In this document: one piece after another, positions 53,601 to 64,000 of the stretch
Layout: each line of letters opens with the position of its first letter
Numbering within the stretch: position 1 is the first letter of the stretch
DNA from: Tubiluchus corallicola
Lineage: Eukaryota > Animalia > Priapulida
NCBI GenBank assembly: GCA_030141605.1
Contig: JAQGDQ010000359.1
Location: forward strand, 62,001 to 126,000
DNA length: 64,000 bases
Direction of reading: 5' to 3'
Notes under the pieces: generated by a model
Database searches by the model: none
What the model saw: only the letters and a program-made list of their open reading frames with translations
What the model was told of the DNA's origin: nothing
Program-made: the position numbers and the translations under genes

Positions 53601-56488
53601 TATTTATTTCTATCCATATGAAGAACCTTCTTGCCACTGACAGACATCATACCAGACAGAATGCATTCCTGCAATAATAATAAATAAATAAATAAATAAA
53701 CATGGTGGGTCTGGTGCCATGTTAAGCTCAACAACTATGGCTATATTAAATGCTTGTTCAAACTTTAAAAGCAAAAAGTAAAATAGATATACATTGTAAC
53801 TTCGCAGATCAAAAATCTACAATAGTTTGTTGTACGTGGTAAGCTAATTACGTTGTTTAGATGAATTCAGTATAAAAGTTTGTAAAATAGCAAAAGTGAA
53901 ACACAAAATGTACCAGAAACTTGTAAACCTAAAGTATTGATATGTTTTGCTTTTCTAATGGCTTACAATGCAAAATTTAGCATTCATGTTACACAAGTAA
54001 TAACTAAAAATCAAACAGTTTGTAGAGTTATTTTAGCCTTTAGCAATCTTAAAATTATTAATTGATTAAATATATTTAAAGTTTATTAAAAGCTTCATCT
54101 GTTTTTTTATAAAGCATACCAACATTAACTCAGATGTATCATGATGAGGTTAGCATAGTGAGCTAGGTACATCGTTTGATTTGGTTAAATGATTAGAAGC
54201 ATCATGACAGATGGAGGTATCCAGAAGAAGTTTTCCATATAACCCATATATTTGTTGACCAGGCTCAGCACTGTTTGACTACATTACATGATTGTTTGCT
54301 GATAATTGCAACAAGGATCAAGACTAAGCCACGATCACATAAACAGCTAGACATTATTTGATTAATGTCTGATTTGCTGGTATGTAGACCACCACAGAAA
54401 ATAGTAGTACAGAGAAGGAGTACAGTTCAAGTTGAAAGGAGTGCCTCAACGGGATGATTCACTTGGTAGCATTCTTGGACCTGTATTCTTCATTACCTAT
54501 ATAAATGATCTGCTATGAACATGGCCTCTTGAAAATTTTCTATTGTTTACAGGTGACACAAAACCTGTTTCGGGTAATCAACTCACAGCAGGACCAATTA
54601 GATATCTAGAAAGACTTGAATAATATGACCAAGTGGAAGTCAATTTTGACAGGTTATTGACTTTTGAAAGTCATGTTCAACAAAAGATAAAACAAAGCTA
54701 AATCAATGGTGGGAATTGCTTAGGGACTTTCGATATGATTGACCAAAACATTTTACTTGGTTGTATAAAACCATGGTTAGACTTGAACAACAGCACCGAC
54801 TAATTAGCAGGAACTGTCATATAAAGAAAGGCTAAGATGTTTAAAACTACTAATGCCAGCCTATAGAAGATTAATGGGAGATATAAATTACGGTAGATCG
54901 ATTGGGTGAAGCCTATGAATACGCTTTTTGACCATAGTTGTCTGTCTTGATAAACAACTGTTAATTGTTTTAACACAAGTTTTCTCTTTCGCACTTTACA
55001 TTTATGTTGTTATCTCTGTAAAGTTGTCTCTCAAGCGGAAATGCCGCCTAGCGGCAGTTGTCATGGTTAGGTGAGGAAGCAAGGTCAGTGGTGGTATGGC
55101 AAATGGGTCAGATGTGTTGATTTATAATGAACTGGAATGGTGTTGCAGAAGGGTTGGATTTTAAAAAATGTTTAGAGTCACTCAGGCTGGAACGGATTGT
55201 GGAACTTCATTGGATGGCCTTCCCAATACACGTCCAGTTTCTTCTTGAATTGATCTGCTGATGTAGTGCTCAATACCCATATGGTGAGGGAATTCCAATC
55301 AACTACCACTCTGAAAATGAATCTGTTCTTGTTTCTAGGCTTTGTAATCTTTTATCCTGCTCCACGTGGATTAACTGAAAAATATTTTCCGCTATCAATT
55401 CTTGTAAGGTAGTTGTAGATACGATACAGCACGTATACACACTATACATGATTTGGTCACCTCTTTTTCTTCTGAGACGTAGAGATGGTAAATTCAATCT
55501 CTGCATTCTCTCTGCATGTGATAGATCTTTGATCGATGGTACTAACTTGGTGACTTTCCATTGAATTGATTCTACCTTACGTACTGCTTGAAGTTTGTGT
55601 GGATCACTGTACCTGATATGACTGAAACTCATAGAATCCTGGCCAGGCATTTGCTGGAAGATGCTGTAGCTGCACTAAGTGTAACTGCTTTTAAGACTGA
55701 CTGGATAAAGTATTGGGCACTGAAAAATCTGGTCTACAAACATACAAGACTACCAAGTCACTTATATTATTCATGTGTCACCTGCATTTACAAGTGCTAT
55801 CCCGCATAACCACAAAATGTGTTATTTCTTCTGCACTTAAAATGTTAACAGAATAAGCAAAACTGAAAGATTTAAAACTAAAAAATGATTGGTCACTTTA
55901 CCCGAGTTCATTGAGCTCTACGAAAAATAATAACAGAAATCACTGATTCTTCATTAGCACAAAACTGACATTGAACATAAATATTGATATTTAACATTTA
56001 CGAGCTTTCCAACTTCCTTTGATAAGTAAGCCTATAACTAATTAATCACACAAAGAAACTTTATTACCATTGCAGTAATCTAATGCCAGTCAATAAGCTC
56101 AATGCTTTTTGCAAGAACAAGTCTTCCACGCAAGTCACTGAAACCTTACGCAGCTTTTTTGGCTCTTTGGTGGAATTTCGAAAACCTAAAATTCATGTTT
56201 GAGGACTTCGTTATAAAATTTAGAAAGCGTACTTGGACATCAGTATATCATCTGTAAAAAGCCTGCTGTAGAAGCGTTGTAAAAAACCCGTCTGGAATAA
56301 CAGCCTGCACCAGTAACACCAAATACTTGAGACGACCGTTTCTGCTACTTCATTATCCACCAGTGGCACCAAACACTTGAGACGCTTGTTTCTGTTACTT
56401 TGTTATCCAGTAGCTACTAATTAATATTCGAAAAATGAAATACCTTTAATCCAGTCCCCATGACAATAACATCATATTCTTCGTCCAT
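47668..56488 (-). CDS. GDI1: Rab GDP-dissociation inhibitor (GDI1/GDI2 family), 444 aa
   Basis: Eleven GT-AG exons: 56444-56488, 53561-53668, 53209-53308, 52481-52618, 52007-52205, 51267-51398, 50627-50795, 49976-50078, 48606-48750, 48036-48090, 47668-47808 (1335 nt incl. TAA). [21 protein letters not shown]...[60 protein letters not shown] and [12 protein letters not shown] are Rab-GDI signatures. alpha/beta paralog cannot be assigned in an invertebrate. Confidence 0.97.
54190..54800 (+). mobile_element. Decayed CR1-type RT fragment in GDI intron 1 (antisense to host)
   Basis: Frameshifted remnants GVPQ...[15 protein letters not shown] (54439-54513) and [17 protein letters not shown]...LYKTMVR (54660-54785). 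Confidence 0.75.
55000..55625 (-). mobile_element. Decayed 5'-truncated CR1-type 3' end in GDI intron 1
   Basis: [41 protein letters not shown] resembles the C-terminus of the intact ORF2 (KIESIQRRATTLVPAISDLPYVARLKTLGLTTLKYRRKRQD), followed by WNSL...FKKKLDVYW and a hairpin TGCCGC-cta-GCGGCA at 55042-55056. Confidence 0.8.
55645..55750 (+). mobile_element. Short CR1-type ORF2 C-terminal remnant
   Basis: [15 protein letters not shown]..(L)DKYW resembles LPDHVIQASNPAQFKSRLDRFW. Confidence 0.5.
56308..56410. repeat. 50-bp tandem duplication at the start of GDI intron 1
   Basis: caccagt..caccaaa.acttgagacg...gtttctg.tactt..ttatcca twice. Confidence 0.85.
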
Positions 56489-57109
56489 CTTCGCAGAAGT
56501 ATAAAGAGAAAGTTGAGAAAATACGTATCAAGAAGATCGACCGGCATGAAAATCTGTAAAAATGGCAGAGCCGAGGAACCCTCTTACAAATATTTGTGCT
56601 CAAAAAATAAGAACAAAATAAAAAATTTGTTGCTAATCTACACCGCTACTTAATTATTTTAAAGTTACGCTGTACATTTTAAAAGTTAATTTAAGTTACC
56701 GAAACAAACTATAAGAGCCACGTGGTGAATTATGTAATAAAAATAAAAATATTTCACGCTTTAAGATTTGGCAACACCTTTCTGAATATAGTTCTAACAA
56801 AATAGTTTGTATTTCAGCCGCTACATGACACTACCCATAACTGTCATGGCCCCGCTCTTAAGAGCATGACTAGTCATGAGATTCAGCAAAGTGACTCTTC
56901 GCAGTCACACACCTTTTTCTTTCTACTAATTACTTTATTTGTAATTTTGCCGGTTTCGCTTTGGTGTTGGGTTATATCTAGAACAGTCACTAGTTATTAT
57001 GGCCAAGAGGGTATGGTACAAAAACTATACCTCTAATTTTAAGTGCTATTTCTATAATGATTATTATAGCGTTTCTGTCACTTACCATTACCATTACCAT
57101 CGACGGATA

Positions 57110-57140
57110 GAGGTTAAGCTTACATAGCTTATAAACCTCT
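57110..57140 (-). other. LINE 3' UTR stem-loop next to the microsatellite tail
   Basis: AGAGGTT-AAGCT-tacat-AGCTT-ata-AACCTCT; CR1/L2 elements are known to carry a 3' stem-loop plus repeat tail recognised by their RT. Confidence 0.7.
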
Positions 57141-57200
57141 CCATTCTTCCTTGTTTTCTTTCACTATTTAAGAATACGTTAATGGGTGGCGACGCTGCGA

Positions 57201-60200
57201 TCACGAAGCGACATTACATAGGGTTTCTTGTTGCCATTGGGGCAACCTGGGGTCTATATATTTTTCAGGATTATTTTTCCAAAATCTATCGAGACGAGAT
57301 TTGAACTGGGCAGGATTGGATGCTTGTATTACATGGTCAGGCAGCTTGTTCCACTCATTAATTACTCGCCTTGCGAATGTGAATCTTCTTCTGTTCCACC
57401 TTTCTGGAACTGTTCTCTTCTTGATTTTGTAGGAGTGACCTCTGGTACCATGATATGTCTGTCGATGAAAAAATATTTCACTGTTGATGGTTTCTATGCC
57501 TTTAAGAATACGAAATGTTTGAATTAAATCTTGTCTTTTACGTCTGTATTTCAGAGTTGTAAGACCCAGAGTCTTAAGTCTTGCAACATATGGTAAATCA
57601 GAAATGGCAGGTACAAGTGTAGTAGCTCGACGTTGTATACTTTCAATTTTTCTTATCATGTCTTGACGATTTGGGTTCCAAATCACGTCACCATAATCCA
57701 AAATAGGACGAACCATCGATTTGTATAGTTTGGTTACCATAGGTCCATCAAGGTAAGAGAAGCTACGTTTGATCAATGTCAGTCTTCCATGTGCTTTATT
57801 GACAATGTTGTTAATATGTGTTTGAAAGTTTAGCATACTGTCGATGGTAATACCCAGATCTTTTTCTTCTGTGACACTTATAATTTCTTTAGAACCTTGA
57901 CCGTGTGACATTTTATATATACGACCTGCAGTATTATGCCTTCCAACAGTCAAGAGCTTACATTTTTCAGTGTTAAATTCCATTTGCCATTGGCGACACC
58001 ATTGGTCGGCATGATTAATATTATTCTGCATGGCCTCAAAATCATCCAGGCAGCATGCTTTACCATATATTTTAGTGTCATCTGCAAACAGGCTCTTACC
58101 GCAGTTGAAAACATCAGGAAGATCATTTATGTAAATAGTGAATAAAATAGGTCCAAGCACACTTCCCTGTGGTATGCCGCTGGTCACATTTGCCCATTCT
58201 GATTTTTGCCCATTAACTACTATACATTGTCTTCTTCCACAGAGAAAACTATTAATCCATGTTAGCAGGTGTCCACAAATTTCGTATGCTTCAATTTTTT
58301 GAAGAAGTCTCAGATGGGGTACTCGATCAAATGCTTTTAAAAAATCGTAATAGATAACATCAACTTCGCCTTTGTTCTCAAGTAAGTCCATCCATTCTTC
58401 AAGAGAGACTAATAAATTGGTAGTACAAGATCTGCCAGTTCTGAAGCCGTGTTGGTTGTCTCAAATGAGATTATGTTCAGTAATAAAGTTGTAGATTTTA
58501 TCCCTTAGTATTCCCTCTAGTAGTTTACAAACGACTGATGTCAAGCTGATAGGTCTGTAATTTTTTGCTAAGTCTCTTTCGCCTTTTTTGTGGATAGCAG
58601 AAACGCTGGCTATTTTCCAACTCGGCGGTAATATACCACTGGATAAAGTTTGGTTCATTATCTGTAGCATTGGTCTTATAAGGATATCCTTGTTGTTCTT
58701 AATTATACTTGCGTGAATGCCATCAGGTCCCATGGATTTGTTGACCTTCATTTTTTTTATTTTTGTACTAAGTTCTGATTCACTGATATTGCTCACATCA
58801 AGTTTGTACTCGGTTACTGGTAGTAGCTGAGGAATTTGGCTCGTATCTTCATTTGTATAGACAGATGTGAAAAATTTTTGTAATTCGTTAGCCTGTTCTT
58901 GATCGGTCGTAGCAATGCTACCATCCTCTCTTTTTAAGGGTCTTACGCTTTCTTTTTTCATTAAGTTGGAATTTACATATGCCCAGAAAGCTTTAGGATT
59001 ACTGCTACATTCTTCCGACAATTTTTGTTCAAAATTTCTTCTCGCAGATCTAACTAATGATGTAACATCATTCCTAGTTCGAGCGTATCGTTCATAGTTG
59101 GCACAGGAAGCTGTTCTTTGATACTTTCTCCAAGCAGCTTTCTTCTGTCTAAGTTTCAATTTTATTTCATTATTAAACCACTTTGGCTTTTGACTAATGC
59201 CTTGTTTTTGCACTGGTACATACTGATCTGTTACTATACGCAATATTTCTTCGAATGTGCTGTTGCAGGCAAATAAGTCTTTATCTTGAAAAATTTCATC
59301 CCAGTCTTTTGAGTTTAAGTAGTTTCTTATAGCTGTATAATCTGCTCTGTAAAAGTTATACTTCTTACAATTAGTAGTCTTGATTTCCCAAGAAGCTTCG
59401 ATGTTGCATGATATAACTAAGTGGTCGCTTTTACCAATTGGTAGATGTGACTGCAGGTTTGTTATAATGTGCGGATTATTAACAATCAATAAATCTAGTA
59501 AAGTAGGATTTTGACCAATCCTGTATCTAGTTGGAAAGGTTACTAGTTGCTCCATATATCCGTCACGTAAAGTGTCCAAGAATGTGTTTTCTAGGCTAAA
59601 TTCTGGTGTAGAAGCACTCCATGAACTCCAATTTATTTTACTAAAATTGAAATCTCCACATACGGCTTTCAATTTTTCTTTTCTTTTGTTTAACTGTACC
59701 AGCAATCTCAATAGGTTTTCATTTTCTTTATGACCAGATGATGGACTTCGGTAAACGCCTCCGAATAAGACTTCTTTACCATTTAGCAGAAAAATCTTAA
59801 CCCATAACGAGGAGGTGAAAATATTTGATAAATGCATTACTTGGATTGGTGCCAAGTCAGATCTCACATAAAGGACAATGCCTCTTCCATCCAAATTGCT
59901 GAACATATCATATTCCGGCAGAACCAATTCAGAGTATTGCAAAGAATATCTAACATTTTTTGGATTTATTTCAGATAGAAAAATCACGTCAGGTTTTAAT
60001 TCCAGTAATCTTATTTTTATATCCTGCATTTTATTTGTTAAACAGTCAACATTGGAAAACAACAGTTTTACATTTTTATTGTGGGTTGGTTTTCTCGGTG
60101 ATTCAAAGTTGCACTTTTTACTTTTTTGTTTATCAGAACTGGATTTCACATTGTTTTTCACTATTAAATTTACTGTATTAGTTTCCACACTGTTATTAGA

Positions 60201-60239
60201 AATATATACACTATTTACAGCTGAGTGATTGGTGTTCAA
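57201..60239 (-). pseudogene. LINE ORF2 (APE endonuclease + reverse transcriptase) with one in-frame TGA at 58461-58463
   Basis: EN motifs SNVD, LSE, GDFN, LLDL, SDH; RT motifs YRPISLTS, NQHGF, DFLKAFD, SGIPQGSVLGP, FADD, KDLG. The 592-aa and 396-aa ORF-track pieces are in the same frame, joined across HNLI*DNQHGF. Confidence 0.9.
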
Positions 60240-60572
60240 ATGTCACTTTTTCTTGGTAACCACCGATTTTAGGCGAGTTAATGGTGGTGTTAAATACTGG
60301 TCTATCATTCCAGTGATAATTGAAGTTTTATTCCTAGGACTGATAGTGGTTTGTTGCAACTGTTGATTTAATTCAGGTAGCAAGCGGGTTTTAGGTGAAG
60401 TCTTTTGGTTTGATCGTGTATCGCTATCATCTTCACGTACTTGTTCCGGAGATACTGTTTCCCTTTCGGCAGATTCTGAGTCATTTGCATCCGACGTGGA
60501 AATCGGTACACAATTGCTTTCGGTAAAAGCTGCCATTGCGTTTCCGTCTTGTTGCTGCAAAAATGCGGAATG

Positions 60573-61421
60573 CTATTCTGAAGAATGTGCCTTAGGAGAG
60601 TGGGTAATATTATTATCATCAACGCTAACTATTTGATTTTTGTGTATTTTAATCTTTTCGCCTTTGGCCCTTCTTGACTTTAGTTCGCTGACTAGCATTT
60701 TATTGTCCTCGCGTTCACGCCAGGTCAGATCAGGATTTATATAAATATCCTTGCAGTCTTTCTTTTTATGTAAATCTTTAGCAGCCTTTAGTACTTGCCA
60801 TTTTTGGCCAGGATGTGAAAGGCGGATCCTAACTGGTCCTGAAGATGCAGATGTCATTTTAGATGCTACCTTGAGCGGCATTGATTCCACGATTTTGACT
60901 TTTATGTTCAATGTATTTTGAAACCATTGTTCATACCACTGACAGTCTGCGACTGGTGTAAGCCCATATATTATGATGCTACTCTTTTTTGCCTTTTTTT
61001 GCATTCGTTCATTAAAATCTTCGAACAGGTTGTCTACTTCGCTGTTACTCAGGTTACCCCTTTGAAAGATTTTCTTTTCTATAGCATTTATTTTTGAGTT
61101 GGCACTTTTACTAAACGCCTCCAGCTTCTCATCGATTGTTGTAACCTTGTCTGTTACCTTATTCAGGTCAGTTTCAATTATCTCAAACTTTGATTGCAGG
61201 TTTATGATGTCTTGTTTCAGTTGCAGGGCTGCACTGTTGCAGTAAGCACAGTACCAATGGATCTCATTCTCATCATTCATCAGTACATCATACAATGTAT
61301 CACTCACACTGGCACATGACGTGTGGAACCATCTTTCGCATATTTCGCATGATACGCCTTTATCATCATCTTTAACAGCTGTTTTACATTTGGGGCAAAT
61401 TATACGTTTAGATGAAGGCAT
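60573..61421 (-). CDS. LINE ORF1p, 282 aa: PHD finger, coiled coil, RRM/CTD-like region
   Basis: C4HC3 pattern CPKC...CEICERWFHTSC...WYCAYC; heptad-rich middle; SIIIYGL and IYINPDLTWRERE motifs typical of CR1/L2 ORF1. Confidence 0.88.
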   Translation of the reverse strand: MPSSKRIICPKCKTAVKDDDKGVSCEICERWFHTSCASVSDTLYDVLMNDENEIHWYCAYCNSAALQLKQDIINLQSKFEIIETDLNKVTDKVTTIDEKLEAFSKSANSKINAIEKKIFQRGNLSNSEVDNLFEDFNERMQKKAKKSSIIIYGLTPVADCQWYEQWFQNTLNIKVKIVESMPLKVASKMTSASSGPVRIRLSHPGQKWQVLKAAKDLHKKKDCKDIYINPDLTWREREDNKMLVSELKSRRAKGEKIKIHKNQIVSVDDNNITHSPKAHSSE

Positions 61422-61556
61422 GATGCTTTATGGTTTGATTTAGATTTAATGACATGTGCAGAAAACTGAATCCGTTTTCGTGTCTGTTTAAGCTAGCAAT
61501 TTCAAGAATACAATATGGAACGAACTCACCAGAGACTTCGGTCTGTCGAAACCAGG

Positions 61557-62005
61557 CATTAATTGTTCGAAAAAATCACGAAATATTTGTTGTACCACTA
61601 AATGCAAATGGCGGAAAATCACAGAAAGTATAGGCATTAATGGCGGGAAATTTTTCAACGACAAGTAACTGTCATGTCGCACTCAATTTTGACGAATATT
61701 TCAAAAGTTTAAATGTCGATTTTTGCTTACCGAACCCGTTTCACTTATTGCTGTGAAACAAAGTATAATTTTTCTCGAAGCAAGGATTATTGTTCAAAAA
61801 TCGCGAAATACTCGTTGTTCCACTAAATGCAAATGGCGGAAAATCATTCGAATCATAGGCATTAATGGCGGAAAATTTTTTAACCTCAGGTAGCTGTCTT
61901 GTCACACTAAATTTTCACAAAAATTTAATATCTATTTATCGATGATGCTTTCCAAAGACGTTTCACTTATTTCTGCAAAACATAATGCATTATTTCTCGA
62001 AGAAA
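61557..62005 (-). promoter_or_regulatory. Two diverged ~228-bp tandem monomers in the LINE 5' UTR with four YY1-core (CCGCCAT) motifs
   Basis: 61557-61785 aligns with 61786-62005 (shared cactaaatgcaaatggcggaaaatca, taggcattaatggcgg, gtttcacttatt, tttctcgaag); aatggcgg at ~61607, 61639, 61832, 61864. Confidence 0.65.
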
Positions 62006-63093
62006 CCGAACAAAATAGCGAAATTTTTTCGGAGCTCAAAAAAGTTGAACGTGTCACTTCGCGATCCCAGCATTCTGTCACAGAACGTACGACATATACT
62101 CTGTTTAATGGTCAGATATTTTTCTATATACGGCTACATATAATTTTGTGTCATCTTGACCAGCTGTAAGCAGTACAGTATTTTAGGCCAAGCTAAATTT
62201 TCATTAGCTATCATTTCCTGTGGAATTCCAGACGGTTCTACACATAAATGCCTTACTGAATATTACAAGCTTTTTAATTTGAAATTATTTATTAAACTTA
62301 GATTGCCTATCAATCTATCAATACTTGTCAGGACTTGCAAATTGTTAAGACCTTCAACAAGCAAATAATCTAAGACAATGATAGTAACTGGTGAATATCA
62401 GAGTTTATTTTAAGCATTAGATTGAATCTAATCTGTTCAATTTTCATTTGCAGTTGATCGAGCACCACTATCCCCATTTCGCTGGCTAGCTGCAGTGACT
62501 CTTCCAATTTTTATTGCAACCAATGGTGTGCGCAAAAGATCGCTTTCAAAGAGTGGGGCTGTAGCAGGTAACAAATTTAGAATATATCAAGTCCATTAAA
62601 AATGCATTGCTGTATGTGATGTCCTAGCAAATTTAATGATTTATATTGTATGGAGTCATGAGGTAATAACAGCCAAATACAAACAGCATATAATGCTTGC
62701 CATTAGAATATGACCACTTTATAGAAACGTATCTGTCTTGATCAGAAAGAAGTGCACGAATGAGCGCTGTTGACAGTGATACTAACATTGAGGAAGAAGA
62801 AGTAGCAGTAGTAATGATGATGATAGTGTTAATAATAATAATAATAACAGTGGTAATTGTGTCCTTTGTATATGATGTAGAAACTTTATAGCAAACAGCG
62901 TGGAAGGAAGTACTGACTCTGTAAAACTTGAAGAATATTAGACTGTTATAAGCTGGTTCGCATCTGGTCGTTAAAACATACTAAGAAATTGTGTGGTCTG
63001 TGAAAGACTTTTATTAATATTTACACATTGCACTGTTATTTACACATATGTTGAACATTCAGTGGCTATGTTCAAGAAGGAAGAGAAAAAAAA

Positions 63094-63249
63094 CCCAGGC
63101 TGGGGTCTTGGCAGAGCTACTCAAGTCACATGTACCCACTGTGCTTACCTGATTGGCTAGTAAAGCACACTAGCAGTCAACACTACCTCATATGGCAAGC
63201 CCAGCAGGTACAGGTGACTGAGCAGCACTGACCAAGGCCACAACCTGGA
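63094..63249. mobile_element. Fold-back element / MITE with ~55-60-bp imperfect inverted arms
   Basis: Left CCAGGCTGGGGTCTTGG-CAGAGCTACTCAAGTCACATGTACC vs reverse complement of right CCAGGTTGTGGCCTTGGTCAGTGCTGCTCA-GTCACCTGTACC; right flank TTAA. Confidence 0.65.
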
Positions 63250-64000
63250 TTAAACTTGCTTCAAATAATAAGTAATGATAACTGTAGGTGGCACCGCATA
63301 TTATTATTGTGATACTTTAATTAAAAATCACAAATGAAATGTGAGACATATGAAATGTAATTGGTGGTCTATGTTAAGTTCTGGGAGCATCTAGATAACT
63401 GTTGGCAGTTTGTTTTGAAAAACTTTGTTGATACTAATTACTAATAAATTAAAGATTTTAACATTATGGTTATTATTTCAGGATTATTTGTTGGGACTAT
63501 TATGATCCTAAGCAGTTATTGCTTCTTTTCGTCTCTCCTTGCTTTCTTTGTCACTGGATCTAAAGCCACAAAATTTAGGGCATCCACAAAACGGAAATTT
63601 GAAGATTGTTTCAAAGAAGGTAACCTAACTATGCCTCATTAGGTATTTTTTACAGTGGGTTTTAAATTGTAGCGCTATGAAAGAAATGCTAATACATAAT
63701 TGTTTATTTCCAGTACATCAGTACTTCACAATAAATAGGCATAATAAATTATCGTTCGTATTTGAGTGGTTAAAGGGTTTTATTATTGGTAAAGGTTTTA
63801 ATTCATGTTATCACAAAAGTGATATTTGCAAGGCTTCTTACATTCAGTACATCCATACTGTGTTATGTGTCGTATGCATACTTCTTGTTTCTGTTACATT
63901 TCTAAAAAGGTTTTTGTTTATGGATTATATGTTGGTAATGGGACAACTTTTTTACTGTTTTAATTCCATTTGCACAGTCAACTTTTGAGGTAATGTAAGG

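Larger units (their letters stand above)
57082..62072 (-). mobile_element. Full-length CR1-clade non-LTR retrotransposon (~5.0 kb), recent insertion
   Basis: Perfect 9-bp direct repeat TTCTGTCAC at 57073-57081 and 62073-62081 (TSD); 3' tail (ATGGTA)x3 at 57082-57100; PHD-containing ORF1; APE-RT ORF2; ~650-bp 5' UTR. Confidence 0.93.

Noticed and set aside
58461-58463. Selenocysteine or alternative genetic code for the in-frame TGA
   Set aside because: The position is not a Cys/Trp site, TGG encodes Trp throughout the host genes, and ORF2 itself ends in TGA; a point mutation is simpler.
57228-60228. Plus-strand ORFs antisense to the LINE (and similar ones opposite CFAP54/makorin exons)
   Set aside because: Shadow ORFs of real coding sequence with no recognisable motifs or splice structure.
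62083-64000. A further gene at the window end
   Set aside because: Short ORFs have intron-like composition; no convincing exon chain or protein motif was found.

Overview
AT-rich animal (invertebrate-like) nuclear DNA, not prokaryotic; species cannot be determined from sequence alone. Three intron-rich genes lie head-to-tail on the minus strand: (1) a complete Rab GDP-dissociation inhibitor (11 coding exons, 444 aa, 56488->47668); (2) a complete makorin RING/CCCH E3 ligase (9 coding exons, 432 aa, 44766->37488); (3) the 5' part of a divergent CFAP54-like ciliary gene (33 phase-consistent coding exons, ~2001 codons, 32012->625, running off the window start), with two GC-AG introns. Upstream of GDI is a young full-length CR1-clade LINE (57082-62072) with a 9-bp TSD, (ATGGTA)n tail, 3' stem-loop and duplicated 5' monomers. 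Its PHD-ORF1, a spacer ORF and EN-RT ORF2 all share one reading frame, interrupted by three stops. Introns hold older CR1 fragments, MITE/Helitron-like relics and structured tandem repeats: an array built from a real 5' splice site, an 11-copy hairpin array, and complementary (GA)n/(CT)n tracts around the CFAP54 start-codon exon. No CRISPR array, rRNA or intact tRNA was found. Gene models were built by hand; protein identities rest on recalled family motifs, not database searches.
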